Part shown: positions 34,872 to 39,530 of the stretch, in pieces
How positions within the stretch are numbered: position 1 is the stretch's first letter
How the letters are laid out: each line of letters opens with the position of its first letter
IMG/VR virus record: IMGVR_UViG_3300037478_000354
Span: 1-39,530 of that record
Source of the DNA: a virus
Lineage: Duplodnaviria > Caudoviricetes
Reading direction: 5' to 3' (one strand)
Length of the DNA stretch: 39,530 nucleotides
Notes under the pieces: model-generated
Databases searched by the model: none
Seen by the model: the letters and a program-made list of their open reading frames with translations, nothing else
What the model was told of the DNA's origin: nothing
Position numbers and translations under genes: made by a program

Positions 34872-35572
34872 GGTGTGTCCTTCGCTGCTAGCCGCTCTGA
34901 GCGGCAGGGTCCGCAATGGTCGCGCGGTTGTTCGGTGTGCTGGTCGCAGCGTGGTGACGCGGCGATGCGTGCGTCTTTGGCTGCGCGCCACTGGTCGTGT
35001 GCGAGCCGTGCGTCTTTGCACGGTCCGCACGGTGCGGTGGTGCCGGTGGGGTGCCGCGGGCAGTACCGCGGCACGGGTTTGGTGTGGTTTTCCACAGGGG
35101 GGGGTCGGGTTGTGGACAGCCGGGTAGTTGTACCCGTATCCCCCTCCTTAACCCCTTCTAACTCTCCCTCTACCTCTGTCGGCGTGACGTCACGTGATGG
35201 ATTCCCGTTGTCACGTGACATGGTGGATTCCCGCTGGTCACGGGCCCGCTCTCGCCAGCGACGTTGCCGATCGCGGTCCGTCGCACGCCTCCTCGCCAGC
35301 TCGTCGAGCGCGTCGTTCCAGCGGGGCCAGTTGACGATCTGGTATCCACCGTCAACCCGCTTCCACAGGCCTTTCGCGACCAACTCGCGGGCCGGGGCTG
35401 CGTACCGGCGGCGCCGGGTCAGCTTCGGCAGGCTTGAGTCGGGGATGAAGCCGCCGCGCTCCAGTTCTCCGGCGCGCGCTAACCCGCGTGTCCACATGAC
35501 CTCGGCGGAGTCGTCGAGTTGTTCGACGGCCTGGTCGTCGTAGTAGCGGGTTGACAGCTTCACCCAGTCCAC
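34868..35572 (-). CDS. Replication initiator/replisome organizer-like protein
   Basis: WVKLS..YYDD...L...GLW...GYQIVNW..WN...RQRRWRER, internal SRD repeats, EVEGELEG, C-terminal CPRHP..CGPC. Confidence 0.75.
   Translation of the reverse strand: MDWVKLSTRYYDDQAVEQLDDSAEVMWTRGLARAGELERGGFIPDSSLPKLTRRRRYAAPARELVAKGLWKRVDGGYQIVNWPRWNDALDELARRRATDRDRQRRWRERARDQRESTMSRDNGNPSRDVTPTEVEGELEGVKEGDTGTTTRLSTTRPPPVENHTKPVPRYCPRHPTGTTAPCGPCKDARLAHDQWRAAKDARIAASPRCDQHTEQPRDHCGPCRSERLAAKDTP
35183..35243. repeat. Iteron-like repeats within replication gene (putative origin)
   Basis: GTCACGTGA palindromes alternating with TGGATTCCCGYTG. Confidence 0.6.
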
Positions 35573-35585
35573 CAAGGTCCTCTCA

Positions 35586-36305
35586 CTACCTAAGGTCATT
35601 CCAGATCTGGTCAAACAGTGGTCGGTGTCGCTCGCTGTAGACGGCCACAGACCGAACGGCTCCATCCACGAACCGATCTACCACGGTCGGCGCATGCCCG
35701 TACTCACTGACGTATGCCGCTTTGAGACGCTTGCCGAACTTGGGTGACATCTTTCGGAGCATGACGCCGCCGATGCCGCGTTCTTCTAGGTATTCACCGA
35801 CGGTCAGCGGTCGCCGGTCCGGGTCGATCTCGGGTTCTTCGCCGAGCGCCCGGGCGGCTACGTGTCGGGCTTTGGCTTCTAGCCAATCTCGGTCGACGAT
35901 GCCGGATAGGTTGCGTAGGACGCGGGTCTGTACTTCAGCTCGTGCGGCTAGCAGAGTGAGCTGGTCGGCAGTGGCCGCGGGTGAGATGTACCCGCCTTCG
36001 CGCCGGATAGCCGGGAGCACTTCGTGGGTGACCCACCGCGTGAACACCTTCGCCTCGGGCTTGCGGGAGCGGAGGATCAGCGAGAACAACCCGGGCTCGT
36101 TCACGGTGACCATTTCCTGCTGGCCAGAGGGGGTGTCTACTAGACACACCCCCCTCTCGTCGTCGTCCAGGTACCGGGTCGAGTCCTGTTGGCGACCCAA
36201 CCCGAGCACCGCCGCGATGTCAGCAGCGACAAACCACGGTTCGCCGTTGACCAGCACCGTGCGCACCTGCCGGCCTTCGTAGCTGAACGGCATCAGGTCA
36301 GTCAT
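35586..36305 (-). CDS. BRO-N domain antirepressor
   Basis: FSYEGRQVRTVLVNGEPWFVAADI...VNEPGLFSLILRSRKPEAKVFTRWVTHEVLPAIRREGGY. Confidence 0.92.
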   Translation of the reverse strand: MTDLMPFSYEGRQVRTVLVNGEPWFVAADIAAVLGLGRQQDSTRYLDDDERGVCLVDTPSGQQEMVTVNEPGLFSLILRSRKPEAKVFTRWVTHEVLPAIRREGGYISPAATADQLTLLAARAEVQTRVLRNLSGIVDRDWLEAKARHVAARALGEEPEIDPDRRPLTVGEYLEERGIGGVMLRKMSPKFGKRLKAAYVSEYGHAPTVVDRFVDGAVRSVAVYSERHRPLFDQIWNDLR

Positions 36306-36828
36306 TGGCCTCTCCTGTCTGGGCGCCGTACAGGAGCCGAAGCGCCTCGGTTTCTTTGATCGTCAGGCGCGCGTTCAGTGAGTTGGCAGTGCGGGTTACT
36401 GCGGCGCGGAGAGTGCGCTCGGCATAAGCCCGGTTCAGGTGGTCTGCCGCAGCTTGACTGGCGTGATCGACGTGGTCGGGATTGCCGTTGTAGCGGCGAA
36501 TCTCCCGGAGGACGAAAAGTCGTCCCGATCCATCACGGGAGACGTTGCCGTCTCGTCGCAGCTGACCGAGCGTGTCCCTCAGCACATAGCGTCGCGACCT
36601 CTCCAAGATTAGCGGTGATGAGCCTCTGTCACCGCTAATCTTGTAATGGTTGATATAACGCCGCCTGGCCCAGCCAGGCGGGATCTCATGCTCAACCTTC
36701 GCGAAGATCTCCTCCCGGGTGATACCCGGGTTGGCGTTGATCGTCTTCCAGATCAGCATGGTGGTGTCGGTGGCGCCGGAGCGGTTAACTCCGGCGCCCC
36801 GACGGCCCCGCTCGGCCTGACTAGACAT
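36298..36828 (-). CDS. Hypothetical protein, possible winged helix
   Basis: IWKTINANPGITREEI pattern; overlaps ParB-like stop. Confidence 0.6.
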   Translation of the reverse strand: MSSQAERGRRGAGVNRSGATDTTMLIWKTINANPGITREEIFAKVEHEIPPGWARRRYINHYKISGDRGSSPLILERSRRYVLRDTLGQLRRDGNVSRDGSGRLFVLREIRRYNGNPDHVDHASQAAADHLNRAYAERTLRAAVTRTANSLNARLTIKETEALRLLYGAQTGEAND

Positions 36829-37804
36829 CACGCCGGTAAAGGTCAAGCACCCTGTCGGCCAGATCCCGGGTCTGGATCCAGCGCGACATTGCCGCCTCCC
36901 GCGCCTCCGGACTAACCACGTCCAGCAGTGCCGCAGGCTTGTCCGCGTACTTCAACAGCCCGCCCAGGAACATGCGGGCCTGCTGAACCTCCTTCGGGAT
37001 GACCACACGGATCGGCGGCGGGCCAGCCGGTGCCAACTCCGCGCGGATCGTCCGGATCGCCTGCACGGCCTCCGAATCGGTCCGGGCCTCCGTGGCAGCC
37101 TTTACCAACTGGCTGACGATGGCGTCCCGCGGCCTGATTTCCGAGACCACCTTGACCGCCTCGACGAACGCCGGGTCATGCTTGATCTGCGCCAGCTTCA
37201 CCTGCTGGGTTTGCTTGACGTCCGGGGCCACCTTCGAGATCTCCGGCAGCATGGCTGAGCGCTCGGAGAACTCCTTGCGACGCCGCATCTGCCGGACGGC
37301 CTCGACGCTGCGCCCGATCTCGCGGGCCACCGCCTCGTCTGCCATCCCGCGCCGCATCATGGTCAGCGCCGCGTCGTACGCCTCTGAGGGTGTCAGCCGG
37401 CGGCCGCCCTGCTGGTTGATCGCCGCCGCGAACGTCTTCGCCAGGTCCACGGAGTTGAAACGGGCAACGAAGGCAGGGAACGACTTGCGCCGCAACCCCT
37501 TCGCCGCACGCAGCCGGTGGTTCCCGTCCACCAGAACATCGGGCTCCATCAGCACCATCGGTGGGTAGATGGCGCCCTGGGACATCTGGGTGCGGAACTC
37601 CGCCAAGGTCTCCTTGTCCTCGAGGTGGGCCTCGATGCGGACCTGGGTCCAGTCCACGCTCTTGACGTCGGCGACCGGGTACTCAGCGACGAACTCGTAC
37701 GGAATGTTCCACTCTCGCAGTTTGGCCTCGGCCTGGATTCCTAGGAGCCGCGGCTGGACATCGATCGGGGTTTCCCCTGTTGGCTGTTCTATGATTGCCG
37801 TCAT
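36821..37804 (-). CDS. ParB/Srx N-terminal domain protein with HTH
   Basis: PPMVL...LVDGNHRLRAAKGL; DEAVAREIGRSVEAVRQ. Confidence 0.8.
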   Translation of the reverse strand: MTAIIEQPTGETPIDVQPRLLGIQAEAKLREWNIPYEFVAEYPVADVKSVDWTQVRIEAHLEDKETLAEFRTQMSQGAIYPPMVLMEPDVLVDGNHRLRAAKGLRRKSFPAFVARFNSVDLAKTFAAAINQQGGRRLTPSEAYDAALTMMRRGMADEAVAREIGRSVEAVRQMRRRKEFSERSAMLPEISKVAPDVKQTQQVKLAQIKHDPAFVEAVKVVSEIRPRDAIVSQLVKAATEARTDSEAVQAIRTIRAELAPAGPPPIRVVIPKEVQQARMFLGGLLKYADKPAALLDVVSPEAREAAMSRWIQTRDLADRVLDLYRRDV

Positions 37805-37857
37805 GGCGACTGTTTCCTTACTGGATAGTTGAGTTGGTTGCCTATCAATCCCGGTTG

Positions 37858-38049
37858 TCAGCTTGGATGGCAACCGGGATTTCTTGCTGTATCCACTTTA
37901 TACTCATGCCTCCCTCCTGTCCAACCAGCCCTGCCCAGCCTTGAAACTGGCACCCGATGGATCTCGTTGTCGGCCGGCAGCGGGCACACCGTGCAGCCGC
38001 CGCCAGTCGTCGGCTGGTAGTCGTGCCGGTAGACGCTCACCATGCTCAT
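37858..38049 (-). CDS. Small hypothetical protein
   Basis: HDY...CTVCPLP...IH; ATGA coupling. Confidence 0.5.
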   Translation of the reverse strand: MSMVSVYRHDYQPTTGGGCTVCPLPADNEIHRVPVSRLGRAGWTGGRHEYKVDTARNPGCHPS

Positions 38050-38303
38050 GCCTGCCTCGCCTCTGTCTCCGCCGCCCGCCTCGCGCAGCACAACACCGGC
38101 ATCTGCTCCACGTCCGTGCGTCCCCGGCACGGGCACCGCCGGCCGCATTCCCGCGACCCGTTACACCGGCACGGATACGTCTCCGTCAGCGCGCTGCCGG
38201 CGACCAGCCACACACCGATCGGGCGTTGATGCGTCCAACACCACGGCTGCCGGCCGGTGCGCAGGCTGGTGCAGCGCTCGCGTGCGCATTCGAGCACGTT
38301 CAC
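38046..38303 (-). CDS. Cys-rich hypothetical protein
   Basis: Multiple CxC motifs; GTGA coupling. Confidence 0.55.
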   Translation of the reverse strand: MNVLECARERCTSLRTGRQPWCWTHQRPIGVWLVAGSALTETYPCRCNGSRECGRRCPCRGRTDVEQMPVLCCARRAAETEARQA

Positions 38304-38482
38304 GCCGCCCTCCTTTCGCTGGTCAAATGCCATCCGCTACACCAGTCACAGGAGTAGTAGTAGGCCCATTCGCCGCGCTGCCACACCTGCAGGACGGCGG
38401 TGCGGGCGTCGAGCCACGTGTCGTAGCGCCGTTTCCGGTCGCACGCCCGGTGCTGCTGCCAAGCGCTGTAGCTGACGGTCAC
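38300..38482 (-). CDS. Small Zn-finger protein
   Basis: C.RKRRY...A...YYSCDWCSGWHLTS. Confidence 0.75.
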   Translation of the reverse strand: MTVSYSAWQQHRACDRKRRYDTWLDARTAVLQVWQRGEWAYYYSCDWCSGWHLTSERRAA

Positions 38483-38991
38483 GGCACCTCCCCGTTTCGA
38501 CTGACACCAGCGTTTCCCGGCAGGTCGGGCCATGCCAGCGGGCCTGTGGACAACCTGTGGCCGTACCTGCGGATAACGTCGTCGGTGGTTGTGGGCCGGC
38601 CTGTGTACGGGCTGTGGTTTTTGGCGATGATCCGCGCAACGTCGCTGGTCAGCGCGTCCACAGGCTGTTGGGGAAAAGTTCCCTGGGGTTTTTCGCTATC
38701 CACAGGGCCGAACCGTTCGGCGGTCAGGTCCCGCGGGTCGCCGTACTGCTCCCGATCCATCTCACTGGCGATGACCCGCAGCTTGTCCGCCGGCCGGTCG
38801 TCGAGCTCCCGGGCCCGGTCCGGGTCGACCACGTCCCCTTCGCCGATCAGGGTCGCGGCGTCCCGCTGCTCAACATGGCACTGGCACTGGCAGTGCGCGC
38901 CGAAACACCACGCGGGAGCTCCGGGGGCGCAGTGGTACAGGCACGCCTCCGTTATGGTCCCTCCGTTGTCGTCCTCCACGTAGGTGGTCAC
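38479..38991 (-). CDS. Hypothetical protein (N-terminal CQCQCH; 3' half carries DnaA boxes)
   Basis: GTGA coupling both ends. Confidence 0.55.
   Translation of the reverse strand: MTTYVEDDNGGTITEACLYHCAPGAPAWCFGAHCQCQCHVEQRDAATLIGEGDVVDPDRARELDDRPADKLRVIASEMDREQYGDPRDLTAERFGPVDSEKPQGTFPQQPVDALTSDVARIIAKNHSPYTGRPTTTDDVIRRYGHRLSTGPLAWPDLPGNAGVSRNGEVP
38545..38704. promoter_or_regulatory. Cluster of DnaA-box-like 9-mers
   Basis: TGTGGACAA 38545 (=TTGTCCACA), TGCGGATAA 38568, GCGTCCACA 38654, CTATCCACA 38696, plus weaker TGTGG repeats. Confidence 0.6.
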
Positions 38992-39332
38992 CGGGTCACC
39001 TCCGCCACGGCCAGCAGGCGCAACGCGGCCAAAATCGTCCCGTCGGATAGTTCGGCCGGTGTCCACACGCCGACGTCTGCGCCGCCCTCGGCGAGCACGT
39101 ACTGCCACATGCGCTGATCTTGTGACAGCCGGCCACGGTCGGACTTGAGCTCGCGGAGCAGCACACCACCGGGGCCGGCGATGACCAGGTCGGGGAACCC
39201 CGCGCCGTCGGCTTCTACCGGTGTGCGCCAGCCGTAGGCAGTACGCGCGGGGCGGAAGTGGGCCACGCGCAGCCCGTACACGGCGCACATGTCCAGCACG
39301 GTGCGCTGCAGGTCCCGCTCGGTGATTCGCAT
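38988..39332 (-). CDS. VRR-NUC domain nuclease
   Basis: ERDLQ...GFPDLVI...RELKSDRGRLSQDQRMW...VWTP. Confidence 0.88.
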   Translation of the reverse strand: MRITERDLQRTVLDMCAVYGLRVAHFRPARTAYGWRTPVEADGAGFPDLVIAGPGGVLLRELKSDRGRLSQDQRMWQYVLAEGGADVGVWTPAELSDGTILAALRLLAVAEVTR

Positions 39333-39333
39333 G

Positions 39334-39403
39334 TCATGCCTCCGCCGGGTCTGTGGGCGGGTCGCCGGCCGGGTCGAGGTCACCTGGTGGTGCCAGCTCG
39401 GCC
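39334..39403 (-). CDS. ERF-family protein, 3' end (joined to 1-716)
   Basis: Frame continues ...RLAELAPPGDLDPAGDPPTDPAEA*; total 786 nt. Confidence 0.85.
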
Positions 39404-39530
39404 AGCCGCAGGATCGGGTTGTCAGATTTGGTCGCCTCGTCTAGCACGTCGAGCACTTTGGCCGCCTCCGCCTTGGTGAGCTCGTTCGCCGATGCGATGT
39501 TGCGGCCGATGATGCGGGCGACGGTGTCGA
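39404..39530. repeat. 127-bp direct terminal repeat, copy 2
   Basis: Identical to 1-127. Confidence 0.95.

Larger units (their letters stand above)
1..39403. mobile_element. Complete temperate siphovirus-like actinobacteriophage genome (circular, 39,403 bp unit)
   Basis: Terminase, portal, capsid, tail, tape measure, lysis, integrase/repressor and replication modules all present; terminal overlap. Confidence 0.93.

Noticed and set aside
39404-39530. Biological terminal repeat or att duplication
   Set aside because: Exactly 127 bp and in mid-gene; best explained as assembler k-mer overlap

Overview
This window is a complete, circularly assembled ~39.4 kb temperate tailed phage genome, GC-rich and of actinobacterial type (WhiB, GntR, actinomycete-style promoters and DnaA boxes). 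Bases 1-127 recur exactly at 39404-39530, and an ERF-like recombinase gene reads in frame across that junction. Most genes lie on the minus strand in translationally coupled chains. The early/replication arm holds Cro, a DNA cytosine methyltransferase, a multidomain WhiB, an exonuclease with ERF, VRR-NUC, a ParB-like protein, BRO-N, a replication initiator and HNH. The virion arm holds a portal-protease fusion, capsid, neck, tail, a frameshifted tail chaperone, tape measure, an M14 peptidase-tail fusion and lysis genes. A lambda-like cro/cI switch with three operators precedes a short tyrosine integrase. The most unusual observations are: (1) a complete plus-strand transcription unit (promoter, operator, two genes including an RHH, hairpin) nested antisense inside the still-open methyltransferase ORF; (2) an oriC-like array of DnaA boxes inside a small gene; (3) terminase genes inverted relative to the rest of the genome; (4) recurrent intragenic palindromes in DNA-binding genes; (5) two degenerate resolvase-like paralogs beside the integrase. 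All calls come from reading motifs by eye; no database search was run.
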